A stretch of DNA of 64,000 nt from Eledone cirrhosa (Eukaryota), in NCBI GenBank assembly GCA_964016885.1, contig OZ024755.1, positions 33,604,001-33,668,000 on the forward strand. The letters run 5' to 3'. The translations under genes were made by a program, and so were the position numbers. Below are positions 41,031 to 55,323 of this stretch, one piece after another (within the stretch, counting starts at the first letter, position 1; each line of letters starts with the position of its first letter). The notes below the pieces were generated by a model. That model searched no databases and was not told the origin of the DNA. It saw only the letters and a program-made list of their open reading frames with translations.

Positions 41031-41119
41031 CATAGGCTCAGAGCCTATCACCCTCCCCTTCCCCCTCTTCTGTGACACTATAGCCCTTGCTTTTGCCTTC
41101 CTCTTCTGTTTTTATATTT

Positions 41120-41628
41120 CCCCATTAGAGCTTTGGAAACCACAAGCAGTTACTAATAACAGGGGGTGCCAGCTCTCCTATCCTGATTTGCTGGCTACTG
41201 CCATCGTGCCACCTATGAGGTTGTCTGCCCATTAGTGCTTTGGAAACCACAAACAGTCACTAATAACAGGGGGTGCCAGCTCTCCTATCCTGGTTTGCTG
41301 GCTACTGCCATGGTGCCACCTATGAGGCTGTCTCCCCATTAGTGCTTTGGGAACCACAAGCAGTCACTAATAACAGGGGGTGCCAGCTCTCCTATCCTGG
41401 TTTGCTGGCTACTGCCATCGTGCCACCTATGAGGTTGTCTGCCCATTAGTGCTTTGGAAACCACAAACAGTCACTAATAACAGGGGTGCCAGCTCTCCTA
41501 TCCCGATGTCATCTCCAGAGATTCTGGTATCGAAATCCAGGACTTGGCAGTGGCAATAAACAACAGACCCACGTGGAGATCAATTGTTGAGTCCATTTTG
41601 GCTGAGGCTGCCGGATGATGATAATGAT
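41120..41628 (+). mobile_element. LINE 3' end (same family as 19965-21910) with ~3.5 tandem copies of the same ~107-bp segment
   Basis: CCCATTAG.GCTTTGGAAACCACAAGCAGTCACTAATAACAGGGGG repeats, then CCCGATGTCATCTCCAGAG...GATGATGAT tail. Confidence 0.85.
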
Positions 41629-41894
41629 ATATTCTTATTTTACATTCCATTCTTTCTTCTCAATCTATTTTTTTTATTTTTCTATTAAATAGTTTCTACT
41701 ACAATAAGCATCAATAAAGAATGTTTGATTTCACAGCAGAGTAACCCCTCCATGCAGAACAACAACAATAACAACATACCTTCACCTAGTTTCACTGTCA
41801 AATTAGGCTTCTTTCAGTTATAATGCCTTTTAAAACGGTGCAAATATCACAAATCCTATTTTACTTCTTTCAAAATGACATTTGTTTTGTGGAT

Positions 41895-42258
41895 TAATTG
41901 TTTATACTTCTACCCCAGTGCATTACTGGTACTTTATTTTATCGACCCCCATAAGGATGAAAGACAAAGTTAACGTTGGCGGCATTTTAACTCAGAACAT
42001 AAAGGGCCATAACTCTATGCTGCAAAGCATGGCGTCTGAGCCTCTACCGATACTGCCAATCCAATAATAATTGTTTTTACTTTTCGCACAAGGCCAGCAA
42101 TTACCGCAGTGTATTACTGGTGCTTCATTTTATCGACCACATAAGGATGAAAGGCAAAGTTAACTTTGGGGGGATTTGAACTCAGAACGTAAAGGGTCGT
42201 AACTCTATGCTGCAAAGCATTGTGTCTGGTGTTCTACCAATTATGCCAATCCACCGCC
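41895..42258 (-). mobile_element. Two tandem family A SINEs
   Basis: Reverse complement of the family A body, twice. Confidence 0.85.
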
Positions 42259-43537
42259 ATATTTTGTTGATTAATAATACATCTATGTAAACACAACATA
42301 GCTGAAAGGTTGAGAAGTTGGTTTCCAAATCATTAAGTCCCAGGTTCTTACGACTCTGCCAATTTGCTGCCCTATACTTAGCTTAGACTATTTCTCACAG
42401 TCAAAACCCTGTGTTTTAGCTTTTAACTCTACTTTAGGTTAATATATTTGGAATACTCATCATGGAAAACAACAATGGTCCATTCCAACGATAACTTTCG
42501 TGGCTATTACTGACCATGAATTATTTTGTATTGTTTAGGAAATAATTGAAAAGATCAAGTAGCATATATAAAATAGAATGCTGTTGTTTCATGTAGTAGA
42601 GTTGAAATTGATTTTCGGAAAGTCCCCATTTGTCAGAAAGGGAAGATATAGTGAAATATGAGACAGATATTGGACATTTCAGTGTGGAATTTTGAAATAA
42701 TCTGTTAGATGTACATTATATTGATTTCTTGTATAATGAAATGAAAGAGATGAAGGGATTTCAATTTTAGGTTGATGTTTACTGCTACAATATAATAAAG
42801 ATAAATTATTTCAAAAGCAGCTTCGAGTTAATATGGGAATTCAAAATATGATTGTATGATGTCCAAGTATTTCTTGGGGAGTATTGGTGAAAACATAGTA
42901 AAATTAATGGCTACAATTGCTATAGTAATGCTTCCTTATCTGACTCAAGTGGAAACCTGAATATTTTCGAAAAATATAGAGATATTGAGTTTGTACAGGT
43001 TTTTCAAGAGTCATTAGCAATAGATTATTATGATGCTGTCAAGAGCTTTCTGATTCTCATTAGTAACTGATAACTAAGATGCTTTCAGATATCATCACCA
43101 TACTAACAACATTTCTAGACGTAACATACTGAGAAAGCATAAAAGTCTTAAGATTTTATTACAAGAGATAAAACAAAACGAAAAAAAGTCTAGAAAAATG
43201 ATTAACACATGCTGATGAAAATATTCAACACGAAAGCAAAATGAAAAATCTTCTTGGAAGCTTTGATCCTTTAGCATTTGTGACTTCTATGTCACTCCAT
43301 CAGTGACTATTGTAAACATTAGTAATTTGTTAAAGTGCTTTACATGTATTTTTGCAAAGGTCATTTACATTTTATCAGCCCAAGAAGAATGGAAGGTGAA
43401 TCAATTCTGGCAGGATATGAACTTAGAGTACAGAGATATGTAACCAAATATCATAAAGTAATTAATCTTGGACTATTATGTATGCAGCTAACTGCCCTGT
43501 AATAACCAAAAAGTGTATAAAGAACTATAAAGATATA

Positions 43538-43734
43538 CAGGGTGGGCGAAAAGTCACTTGTTACCTATTTTTATGAATTAACTCAAAACTAATTTTTTTT
43601 TTATCTTGAAATTAAATTTCATAATTGGATTTTGTTTTTATTCAACTTTAATCTGAAAAAAAATATATATATTTTAATAATAAAAAAATTCTAATTTTTT
43701 TTTTTTAATAGGAAGTGACTTTTGGCCAACCCTA
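43538..43734. mobile_element. Tc1/mariner-type MITE
   Basis: TA-CAGGGTGGGCGAAAAGTCACTT...AAGTGACTTTTGGCCAACCCTA-TA: imperfect TIRs with TA on both sides. Confidence 0.75.
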
Positions 43735-45814
43735 TATAAATAATATTATATCTCTTTTGAGGTATGTTTAATATTTTAAAATAAGAATTCATCAAGATTC
43801 ATAAAAAGGCAAATCAGAATACTCCTATCTGTGAATGAAAGACATTTGCTATAAAGATTTCTAAAGGATACTCATTAAATCAGATAAATGCAAATCTCTG
43901 GGTTTTGTTAAGAGTTGAGATTTGTAGATTTGTTCTCCTTTCTACCTTTCAAGATAGCTTTTACCTATTCCCTTTAATGATATCAACAATCTGAAAATGC
44001 TGCTATTTGCTACACTGAGAATATCTCTTACTTCCTAAGTCTAAAATTCTTCGGAGTTAAAGATCAATAAGTTATTTATTCACATAATAGAAAAATGCAA
44101 ACATATATCATAGCTAACCAAACACAATCAATTCCTATCACCCATCTGAACAAAATGTATGCAATCTTTATTCACAAAAATCTCTTTACGATATTGTAAA
44201 TTCAAACCTTGTGATCTAGGTATTGGTTGAATTTACGATAAAGAAATAATCAAAGTGTCTCTCACAAATGGACAGTAAAATTCTTTGACATATTCTCACT
44301 TACTATTCAATGATCTAATAACATAAGCCAGTATGAAAGGATTACTCTTCAGATAGATATAATATAATGATAGATACAAAGTAATATCTTAAAACCCACT
44401 GGATCACTCAAGCTCTACTCAAAATTCCATTGACAAGTAGAATGGGTCAAATAAGTCAGGAAAGAGGAACCTAACCTTCTAGCTATTAATTGTGGCTAAT
44501 TTCAGAGGTTTGAAGACTTAGACTTTTAAAAAAGAATAAATGGGCAGTTGTAATATTAATAGTTTTCTGGAGATATCTTGGTAACATAAATATAGAGAAT
44601 TGGCCCCAATATATAATCAAAAGTGTACTGTATGTTAAGGGCCTATGTTCACACAATGTGCACATATAGGCAGTGGGTTTATTAGTGAATGGAATAGACT
44701 TCATGTCTAAGAATATATTAACCTTCTTCATTTACAGCCAATTGCTTTTACGAGGAATCAACTTGTTTAGTTATTCAAGAATGTAATGACCTAATTGAAG
44801 TTGTTTAACCCTTTAGCATTTAAACCGACCATATCCGGCCAGAATTCTCTCACCTCTTTCTGTACAAACCGGCTGTTCATACTGATATTAAGGTATAGTT
44901 CTCAAAATAAATAATATCAACATCTCATAGATTCGATACTATGTGAGATAATTATGTGAGATAAAGCCTTTACAACAAAAATACAATAGTAAATATAGAG
45001 AAATGTAAATGCTAAATGATTAGATGAGCTTACTTCAAGAACATATATTTGGCAACTGTGTATACCACCCCAAAAAAGGAGTTTACCATATTTTAGTTTT
45101 GTCTTTAATAATGCTGCACAATTTTCATTGCAATATATACAGTTCTTTTCATTCTGAGACCAAATCCTGTTGAGGCCAAACTTTGCCTTTAATCTTTCCT
45201 GGGCTGATAGAATAAAATACTTGTCAAATGCTGGCATCCATTTTAATCACCTATGCCTGCCCACCAAATTTGTGGCCTTGTGCCAAAGTTAAAAATCAAT
45301 ATATACACTCATTTTCTTTTTATCTTCCTGACCAGATATTTGATATGTGGTATGATGTCAGGTTTTCATGTAATGTTACTGAAGACATAAAACAGAAATT
45401 TTGGCATATGAGAATAAACAAATATAAGAAACATTCATATTGATTTCCTGTTTTTGATTTTATATAGAAATCCAGAATCTTTAAAATATGGTGTGAATAA
45501 GTTTAAATTTTTAACTGTAAAAAAAGTGATATTTACTCTCTTCAGTAACATTGTTTTGTGTAAAATATCAAAATCCTGACATCATATCACAGATGAGCTG
45601 TCTGATCATAAATTAGACCTTGCTCACTTATACCTCTCTAAGACAATGTCACTGGATCGAGATCTTTGGCATCATGCAGTTGTACAGAAGACCCACCTTC
45701 CCTTGCATACAAACCTACAGTCAGTAGGCACCTCATAACCCAATATGCATCCCACCTCACACACCCTGCCCCATCCTCCCATTTCTGTTCCGTCCACTGT
45801 GTCGATGACACAAC

Positions 45815-47780
45815 AGTCCACACTGTAAGGTGGTCATGTAGGAGACACGGTAAAAAGGCTCCCAGTCCACACTGTAAGGTGGTCATGTAGGAGACACGGT
45901 AAAAAGGCTCCCAGTCCACACTGTAAGGTGGTCATGTAGGAGACACGGTAAAAAGGCTCCTAGTCCACACTGTAAAGTGGTCGTGTAGGAGACACGGTAA
46001 AAAGGCTCCCAGTCCACACTGTAAGGTGGTCATGTAGGAGACACGGTAAAAAGGCTCCCAGTCCACACTGTAAGGTGGTCATGTAGGAGACATGATAAAA
46101 AGGCTCCCAGTCCACCCTGTAAGGTGGTCATGTAGGAGACACGGTAAAAAGGCTCCCAGTCCACACTGTAAAGTGGTCATGTAGGAGACATGGTAAAAAG
46201 ACTCCCAGCCCACACTGTAAGGTGGTCATGTAGGAGACACGGTAAAAAGGCTCCTAGTCCACACTGTAAAGTGGTCATGTAGGAGACAGACACGGTAAAA
46301 AGGCTCCCAGTCCACACTGTAAGGTGGTCATGTAGGAGACACGGTAAAAAGGCTCCCAGTCCACACTGTAAGGTGGTCATGTAGGAGACACGGTAAAAAG
46401 GCTCCTAGTCCACACTGTAAAGTGGTCGTGTAGGAGACACGGTAAAAAGGCTCCCAGTCCACACTGTAAGGTGGTCATGTAGGAGACACGGTAAAAAGGC
46501 TCCCAGTCCACACTGTAAGGTGGTCATGTAGGAGACATGATAAAAAGGCTCCCAGTCCACCCTGTAAGGTGGTCATGTAGGAGACACGGTAAAAAGGCTC
46601 CCAGTCCACACTGTAAAGTGGTCATGTAGGAGACATGGTAAAAAGACTCCCAGCCCACACTGTAAGGTGGTCATGTAGGAGACACGGTAAAAAGGCTCCT
46701 AGTCCACACTGTAAAGTGGTCATGTAGGAGACAGACACGGTAAAAAGGCTCCCAGCCCACACTGTAAAGTGGTCATGTAGGAGACATGGTAAAAAGGCTC
46801 CCAGCCCACACTGTAAGGTGGTCATGTAGGAGACATGGTAAAAAGGCTCCTAGTCCACACTGTAAAGTGGTCATGTAGGAGACAGACACGGTAAAAAGGC
46901 TCCCAGTCCACACTGTAAAGTGGTCATGTAGGAGACACGGTAAAAAGGCTCCCAGTCCACACTGTAAAGTGGTCATGTAGGAGACAGACACGGTAAAAAG
47001 GCTCCCAGTCCACACTGTAAAGTGGTCATGTAGGAGACACGGTAAAAAGGCTCCCAGTCCACACTGTAAAGTGGTCATGTAGGAGACAGACACGGTAAAA
47101 AGGCTCCCAGTCCACACTGTAAAGTGGTCATGTAGGAGACACGGTAAAAAGGCTCCCAGTCCACACTGTAAAGTGGTCATGTAGGAGACAGACACGGTAA
47201 AAAGGCTCCCAGTCCACACTGTCAAGTGGTCATGTAGGAGACACGGTAAAAAGGCTCCCAGTCCACACTGTAAAGTGGTCATGTAGGAGACACGGTAAAA
47301 AGGCTCCTAGTCCACACTGTAAAGTGGTCATGTAGGAGACAGACACGGTAAAAAGGCTCCCAGTCCACACTGTAAAGTGGTCATGTAGGAGACACGGTAA
47401 AAAGGCTCCCAGTCCACACTGTAAAGTGGTCATGTAGGAGACACGGTAAAAAGGCTCCTAGTCCACACTGTAAAGTGGTCATGTAGGAGACAGACACGGT
47501 AAAAAGGCTCCCAGTCCACACTGTAAGGTGGTCATGTAGGAGACACGGTAAAAAGGCTCCTAGTCCACACTGTAAAGTGGTCATGTAGGAGACACGGTAA
47601 AAAGGCTCCCAGCCCACACTGTAAAGGTGGTTGGTGTTAGGAGGGGCATCCAGCTGTAAAAAAAACCTTCCGTACGAGCAAGACATGGTGTCCCGACCAT
47701 TCCCACATCAAATGGAACAAAACAGTCTAACCCATGCTAGTGTGGAAGATGGATGTTAAACGATGATGATGATGATCATC
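45815..47780 (+). repeat. 49/53-bp minisatellite (~36 units) expanded inside a family B SINE, followed by the SINE tail
   Basis: Unit CAGTCCACACTGTAAGGTGGTCATGTAGGAGACACGGTAAAAAGGCTCC (+GACA variant); ends GGTTGGTGTTAGGAGGGGCATCCAGCTG...GATGATGATG. Confidence 0.92.
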
Positions 47781-48447
47781 ATGATAATGATATGGATGAA
47801 TAATCAGAGTATTATAGAGGATTCAGTTTTAAAGTTGATTAACTCTGCAAATAATTGACAAATTAGATTAAATCTATTTTTATAAGTGTAATGTGCAGTG
47901 GTCAATCTTTGTTATAGATTTTTCTACTATATTACTTCATGGCACAAAACCTCTCAGGAATAAGATAAGATAAGACAGACTGGACATACAATGACTATAT
48001 TATAGACTTATATTATAGAAATATATAATAGATTAAAATCATTTCTGAAGTTATACAATGTAACCATTGATTCACTGAGACATCACTGGAATGTGGTCTT
48101 ATTACCATTGTTCAAAGGAAGAGAAATTTCTGTGATTTTTTGCCATTGCCTTCTCTAAGACCATGGGTTGATTTTGTGGTCAGCATTCAGAGCACAGTAG
48201 TTGACCAGCAGTACATATAGAATTCACTTATGACATTAGTCTGCTAGAATTAAATGAAATATAAGCCCAAGCCAAACTGATAAAGATGGCTTCTGTGACC
48301 CAACATCTTAACCTTTATTACTATTGTAAAGACAGAGAACATATTAACAAATTCTGCCAACTTTTCCCTTCAAATTTAGTGTGAAGAAATCAAGAAGGGA
48401 GACAAATTCAAATAACATGGATTCATGATACCAGGTTGTGAAATTGA

Positions 48448-48763
48448 TTAACCTTTAGCATTTAAACTGGCCATATCCAACCAGAATTCTCTCACCTCTT
48501 TCTGTTCAAACCAGCTGTATCTGGCCAGAATTCTCTCACCTCTTTCTGTTTAGACTGGCTGTATCTGGCCAGAATTCTCTCACCTCTTTCTGTTTAGACT
48601 GACTGTAACTGGTCCCTCATTCTGATGTTAAGGTATTGTTTTCAAAATAGATAATATCAAAATCTCATAGATTCGATACTATGTGAAATAATTACGTGAG
48701 GTAAAGCCTTTAGCACGAAAATATAATAGTATATATAGAGTAATGTAAATGCTAAAGGGTTAA
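48448..48763 (-). mobile_element. piggyBac-like MITE P with an internal ~44-bp triplication
   Basis: TTAACCTTTAGCA...TGCTAAAGGGTTAA; CCAGAATTCTCTCACCTCTTTCTGTT three times. Confidence 0.8.
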
Positions 48764-48905
48764 AAGAGAAGAATTCTTGGATAATTTGCTCTCTGGAGTC
48801 TTGAGAAGTTCTGTAGATGAAACTGTACATCAAGCAGAATGAAAATGAAGTGTTTCAATGTTACTTGTACCAGTGTCTTGGTTTCTTGGAATCATGGGTC
48901 ATCAC

Positions 48906-49041
48906 CAGTGTCAGATTTAGAACAAAAAAGGCCCTGTGCTAGTTAAGTTATGAGGCCCCTTTCTTGGGCCCTGAAGAAGGTAAGAACATTTTTTGGCAGG
49001 AAGATGAGAGCACAGCTAAGCACAATGGTAAATCCAGCTCT
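48906..49041. mobile_element. Small hAT-like MITE
   Basis: CAGTGTCAGATTTA...TAAATCCAGCTCTG imperfect TIRs with GGCCC subterminal motifs. Confidence 0.5.
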
Positions 49042-49903
49042 GATCATCACAAAGAAGAAGGAGAACAGCATCAATGGTATTAAAACCTTAACCATATATA
49101 TATATTTCTGCAATTCTGTCACAACATGTAAAGAGAGAGGAGTAGTTTGACTACCTCATACTACTACTCTCTCTTTGCATCTGCTGTCTGCATGAATGTC
49201 TGTGTTTGTAAAAGGAAGGAAGGAAATGGTGAAAAAACTATGCTGTGTGTGAGTGTATGTGTGTGTGAATGTATGTGTGTGTTTCTGTGAATGTATGTGT
49301 GTGTTTGCGTGAATGTATGTGTGTGTTTGTGTGAATGTATGTGTGCGTTTGTGTGAATGTATGTGTATGTGTGTGTGAATGTATGTGTGTGTTTGCGTGA
49401 ATGTATGTGTGTGTTTGTGTGAATGTATGTGTGCGTTTGCGTGAATGTATGTATATATTTGTGTGAATATATGTCTGTAAGTGTGTATTTTTGTAAGTGT
49501 ATCTGTGTTTGCGTGTTTATATTTATATACTCATACATATAAATATATGCATATGCACATACACACACGTCACCATCATCATCATCATCGTTTAACGTCT
49601 ATCCTCTACGCTAGCATGAGTTAGACGGCACATTTACACATATGTGTCAGCTTATAGAAAAAATTCTAGTATATGAAAATGATGTTGGGGATCAACTGTT
49701 CATGTGGGAAACATTGATTTATAGAAAAGGACAAAAAGTAACATTTCTTTTCCACTCTATGTCACTCACCAGTTCAGACTACTTGGTGATATTTTGAGAC
49801 ACTCCTGAACCAAATCTGTGAGCAAACAACGTCTTACAATATGGGAAAGTTATAGACAACTGCATAGTACCAAAGGATGATTATCATACACACACACACA
49901 CAC

Positions 49904-49948
<45 letters not shown>

Positions 49949-50043
49949 CCCTCTCTGTCGCACACATACACACACACACACACACATACATATATGTTAT
50001 AGAATACTATTAGCTTCTCGCTAAAACAATTTCTATACCTTTC

Positions 50044-50074
<31 letters not shown>

Positions 50075-50091
50075 CCCTCTCTCTCGCACAC

Positions 50092-50124
<33 letters not shown>

Positions 50125-50272
50125 AGAATTAAAATACTAGAGTGTGTTGGAGTTAAACACCCTCTTCATATTATAGAAATGACAGTAAAGATATAGCTCA
50201 ATGTAATTAACAGAGCCGAAGAATTATGAAAATAAACCAAAGAAGCCTTCAATACATCAAAAGTCTTTATTA

Positions 50273-50310
50273 GCCAACAATGTTTCGTCTTATTAAGGAC
50301 TCATCAGGGC
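50273..50310 (-). ncRNA. Type I hammerhead ribozyme motif
   Basis: GCC CTGATGA GTC cttaataa GAC GAAAC att GT T GGC; all three stems pair, GUU triplet. Confidence 0.7.
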
Positions 50311-50963
50311 AAGTAAAACTATAAGAAGCACTATCGGCCAATACAAGCCAAAAACTCAGAAGAATATGGAGTATACATACATTAAAGCATAGGAAAATTA
50401 TCAAGTAAAAATTGCTAAGGAAGTGAATAACATTTTGAACCATATTACAAATATAGTACAATGCAAAAACTAAAACTAAACACAAGTGGTGATATAAAGC
50501 GAGAATTACAGTACGATATATAATATAATATAATATAATATAATATAATTGATAATGATATTAAAAGGCCCAAGATACATATATATATATATACATATGT
50601 ACACATATATATATATATCAATACACATATCCATCAATACAAACACAAACTAACACTTATTAAGAGTTTAAATATAAATATAAAACATATATATCATTTA
50701 CAGTATAAAATGATAAAGAAATGAATAAAAATAAACATATAATATATAATATACTATATAATTATATAATTTATAATTTATAATCTCCGGTCAATTTGCA
50801 CAAACAATATAAATATTACAATAACACTATAATAACAATATTATAATATATTGGCATATATATATATATAACCAAAAGTTAAACAAGATTCATTGATTAA
50901 TCAATGAATATAGTTTTACAATAGATTAGAAGCACTCAACAATGAAGTTTTCTGGAGTTATTA

Positions 50964-51350
<387 letters not shown>

Positions 51351-51510
51351 CATACTCTCTCTCTGTCACACACACACACATATATATATCTATCTATAAC
51401 TTTCTCATATTGTAAGACGTTGTTTGCTCACAGATTTGGTTCAGGAGTGTCTCAAAGTATCACCAAGCAGTCTGAACTGGTGAGCGACATAGAGTGGAAA
51501 AGAAATGTTA

Positions 51511-51555
<45 letters not shown>

Positions 51556-51944
51556 CTGTATATGAAGCATCGAGACTTCATACAGGAAACTATATCATAG
51601 CTATTGAGATACTGTGAATTTCGTGAATAGTTAAACTATGACAGATATGAACAATTGATTGAAAAGGTAACATATTTGAAGGTAGCAAGTTCAAAGTCAG
51701 CTCAAATTCTGTTAATACTCAAGAAAATTTGAGTCTTTAGTAAAAAAAAAAAGAAGAGAATTTCCATACTTCTGTAGAAACATTCTAACATGTAGACAAA
51801 ATTCTTTAAGTTCGAAGCAGAATACTAGAGATTTTTTTCATATTCATTTGAAAGTAGATATTTCTATCAGTAAAGCAACATTTCTTTCCAATATACAAGT
51901 TTGTAAGCAGTTCATTCATCATCATCATCATCATCATCATCAAG

Positions 51945-52325
51945 GATGCAAGAAGTTTAGGGAACTGCTAGCCCTGCTAATAACAAAAGATTTCTCCCTA
52001 TGAATGAAAGCTTGGCTGTATGATGCCTGAAGTGAGGGTGAAACTGGGTATAAGAGGAATCAGATGCAGTGTGCAGGAAAGGAGACTGTATTGGTATTGA
52101 CATGTGAGGCACAAGGATAATTATCATTGGGTGAAGAATTGTCAAGTAATCCCTGTAGAGGGAGGCCAGAGTAGAGGAAGACCAAGGAAAACATAGAAGT
52201 AGGGAGAGCTGATCTCAGATTGCTAATGCTCATGGAGAAATGCAACAATTGAAGAGATGCCAAAATGAAAAGGACCTGTACAACCCATGCAAGCATAGTA
52301 CAATGGAAGTAAAATGATGGTGATG
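51945..52325 (+). mobile_element. Decayed RTE LINE 3' fragment
   Basis: KKFRELLALL...RGRPRKT; tail ACCCATGCAAGCAT...TGATGGTGATG. Confidence 0.7.
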
Positions 52326-52643
52326 GCATATTTATATGTTGCATTTTCGATTTCATCTATTTTCCTTTTATATATATATATATATATAAGCAAGATGTAT
52401 GGTAGGTCGTATGTGAATCGCGATGATCACGTCTGACCTACCAAATATGCGACGGTAGCTAGTTAAGCTCTCTGCGTATAAGCAGAGCAGAAATGTTAAT
52501 GAAAAAGAACTAATATAAAAGAGCCCCCTTAGAATATAGACCCCAAATATACAAGCGGAGCTGCTGATGTATACCACAATTTCAAACTGCTAGTCTTGAG
52601 TGATACGTTGATGTAAATAATGAACTTACAATCACATGTTAGA

Positions 52644-52690
52644 TGCCTTGAAAAGTCCCACCATAAGGTTGGACGGAACGGCTGTCGGCA
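52644..52690 (+). ncRNA. Hammerhead-like motif with a U3-A8 core variant (one further core mutation)
   Basis: TGCC TTGAAAA GTCC caccataaggtt GGAC GGAAC ggct GT C GGCA; stems I-III pair, GUC triplet, GAAA replaced by GGAA. Confidence 0.5.
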
Positions 52691-52737
52691 ATAAACTTGT
52701 TATAATGTCATAATAGTTCCTTTGTTCTTTTTCATTA

Positions 52738-52761
<24 letters not shown>

Positions 52762-52768
<7 letters not shown>

Positions 52769-53142
52769 GTGTCTATAGAATCAATCAGATATTAAAATAT
52801 ATACTATTTCTTCCTCTAATCAGCATAATTAACCATATACATAATCAAATCCAGCAAGCTTTAAGAGTAAATTTTCTAACGGGGAAATCTCCGACAAACA
52901 ATTGATCGCAGCCAGTTCGCGTTATGTTTGATCGGATTCTGCATGCTGTCGAAGTGTTTGATAAATAATGGAACGGAGTTAACGCGAACTGGCTGCGATC
53001 AATTGTTTGTCAGAGATTTCCCCGTTAGAAAATTTACTCTTAAAGCTTGCTGGATTTGATTATGTATATGGTTAATTATGCTGATTAGAGGAAGAAATAG
53101 TATATATTTTAATATCTGATTGATTCTATAGACACGTTTTAT
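52762..53142. repeat. Long inverted repeat (~163-bp arms, 55-bp spacer) starting at a (TA)n tract
   Basis: 52762-52924 is the near-perfect reverse complement of 52980-53142. Confidence 0.92.
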
Positions 53143-53299
53143 GATATAATGCTCTGATTTTTTGATTTTAACTTATTAATTCTTCATTGAGCTTAAAAGT
53201 GAACAGTTGCAACACATATATGTATCATTGATTTAATTTAATTTAATTTTATGTATGTGATAACCTCTATATATATATATATATAGAGAGATATATATA

Positions 53300-53772
53300 T
53301 AGTGGTAGAACACTGGAAGGTAATATCCGTAGTGGTAGAGCACTCAGTCCATGGGACGAGTTAGGTAGAAGTGGATACACAACAGTTAGTTCACCATACC
53401 GAGAACAATTGTTTCATCTTAGCGGATCCTCAGCTCGTAATGGATATGGTTATACGGAAAAGGAAGGACAACCATATGAACGCGCATGTGCAGAAACGGT
53501 CACTTCCCTCAGGCAATACTAAATTGCGTGCAAGAAGTGTAAGGGAGATAAATCCAAAAGTTTCTAGTTGATAAGAAAATTAGGATGTTGTTGTAATTCA
53601 ATCTGGAGCTTTGTAGTTATGTAAGAGGTGTTTCCAGACGTGTGGACAACGTGTGAAGAATTCATTTCTCGTTTTTAGGCAATCACTATTGCCTAATCTC
53701 TTTAGAATATTTATTCGTTCATCAATACATAGTCCACACGACGGATTGCTCCTTGCGTATGGCTTGGACTTA
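53300..53772 (-). mobile_element. Penelope-like element (Neptune-type) 3' end: endonuclease C-terminus plus 3' UTR/pseudo-LTR ending at (TA)n
   Basis: 53768 to 53598 translates SKPYARSNPSCGLCIDERINILKRLGNSDCLKTRNEFFTRCPHVWKHLLHNYKAPD*, matching the PLE pattern PY...CxLCxxEK...LNxRxE...CRH. Confidence 0.75.
53394..53443 (-). ncRNA. Type I hammerhead motif in the PLE 3' UTR
   Basis: CCATtaCGAG CTGAGGA TCcgctaaGA T GAAAC aatt GT T CTCGgtATGG; palindromic stem III ACAATTGT; weak stem II. Confidence 0.65.
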
Positions 53773-54193
53773 GTGATGTGTTATTTCCTGTAGCGAGACA
53801 CTTTATTTCACATTGCTCCAGTTTACTCAGCTGTAGAAATTAGATGATAGGGACTGGGGTCCCTATCATTCCACTGCAAAGTGGTCGTGGAGGTGCCATG
53901 GCAAAAAAGCACCTAGCACTCACTGTAAATGAGGTTGGTATTAGGAAGGGCATTCAGCTGTAGAAATCAAGCCAAAATCAGTTCCTGTCCCACCCTTGCA
54001 AGCAGGGAAAAAGCAGACGTAAAATGAAATATTTATTCATATAAATATCTGCCTTCAAGAAACCACTGGTAAATGAAATAATTATCTTATATTCTTTATT
54101 ACATAACTAAATAAAATAAATATATATATATATATATTTATATACATACATATATATTTATACACATATATATATACATACATATATATTTAT

Positions 54194-54274
<81 letters not shown>

Positions 54275-54284
54275 CATATATATT

Positions 54285-54321
<37 letters not shown>

Positions 54322-54330
54322 GTAAACATG

Positions 54331-54362
<32 letters not shown>

Positions 54363-54451
54363 TATATATATATGCATATACATATAAATATATATCATCA
54401 TCACCATCATAAATATACATATATATATATATATATATATGTATATTTATT

Positions 54452-54483
<32 letters not shown>

Positions 54484-55016
54484 AACATGTATATATATAT
54501 ACATATATATATATACACATATATATATATATGCATATACATATAAATATATATCATCATCACCATAATTTTACGTCCGCTTTTCCCTGCTTGCAAGGGT
54601 TGGACATATATATATACATGTGTCCGTCAAACCTGCGGGTTCAGAATCAGACAGATCCACACAATGATCGCGTCTCAAGCTGTCCACCGGGGAAACAATT
54701 GTAACACACAATAAATTGAGTTCAGATGCATCACTGATTTTTTGTTTTCTATTCTATCATACTCTGCTCTGTAAGAGCATAGAGTGCTCAGCTGGCATAC
54801 CGCCTATGGAAGCATCTTAGCTACCATCAGACACATATATACATACATACATATATACATATACACACACACATATATATACATATATACATATACACAC
54901 ACACATATATATGAATATATATAAATATATATATAATGAAGTAGTTGTGGTAAGGAACCAGATGGACCATAACGCACCAGATTACTCAATACTTAGGGTA
55001 GCAGAGTGGGGAATAG

Positions 55017-55143
55017 GAGAAAGTATGACCCCGACGGCAGAGCTCAAGCCGTTTCGACGGCTATTTCTGGACTAAATTGACCATTTAGTCCAGATATAAC
55101 CGTCGAAACGGCTTGAGCTTTGCCGTTGTGGTCATACTTTCTC
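55017..55143. repeat. Imperfect palindrome in a (TA)n-flanked module; related copy at ~59400-59615
   Basis: GAGAAAGTATGACC..GACGGCAGAGCTCAAGCCGTTTCGACGG and its reverse complement. Confidence 0.85.
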
Positions 55144-55323
55144 ATATATATACAAACATCCACATAAATACGTGGGTGTATATATGTGTGAAGCACTGAA
55201 AGTGTTTCACACACACACACACATATATATATACACACACACATATATATATATATACGTAGGTCCCGGGTTGAGTCGGGGATAACCACAGTAAGTAAGG
55301 TACTCAATACATGGCAGAGTAAA

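Noticed and set aside
55090-55135. GAAACGGC...GCCGT(C/T) half-hammerhead (also ~59410-59450, minus)
   Set aside because: Stem III and the triplet are present but no CUGANGA is found upstream in either copy
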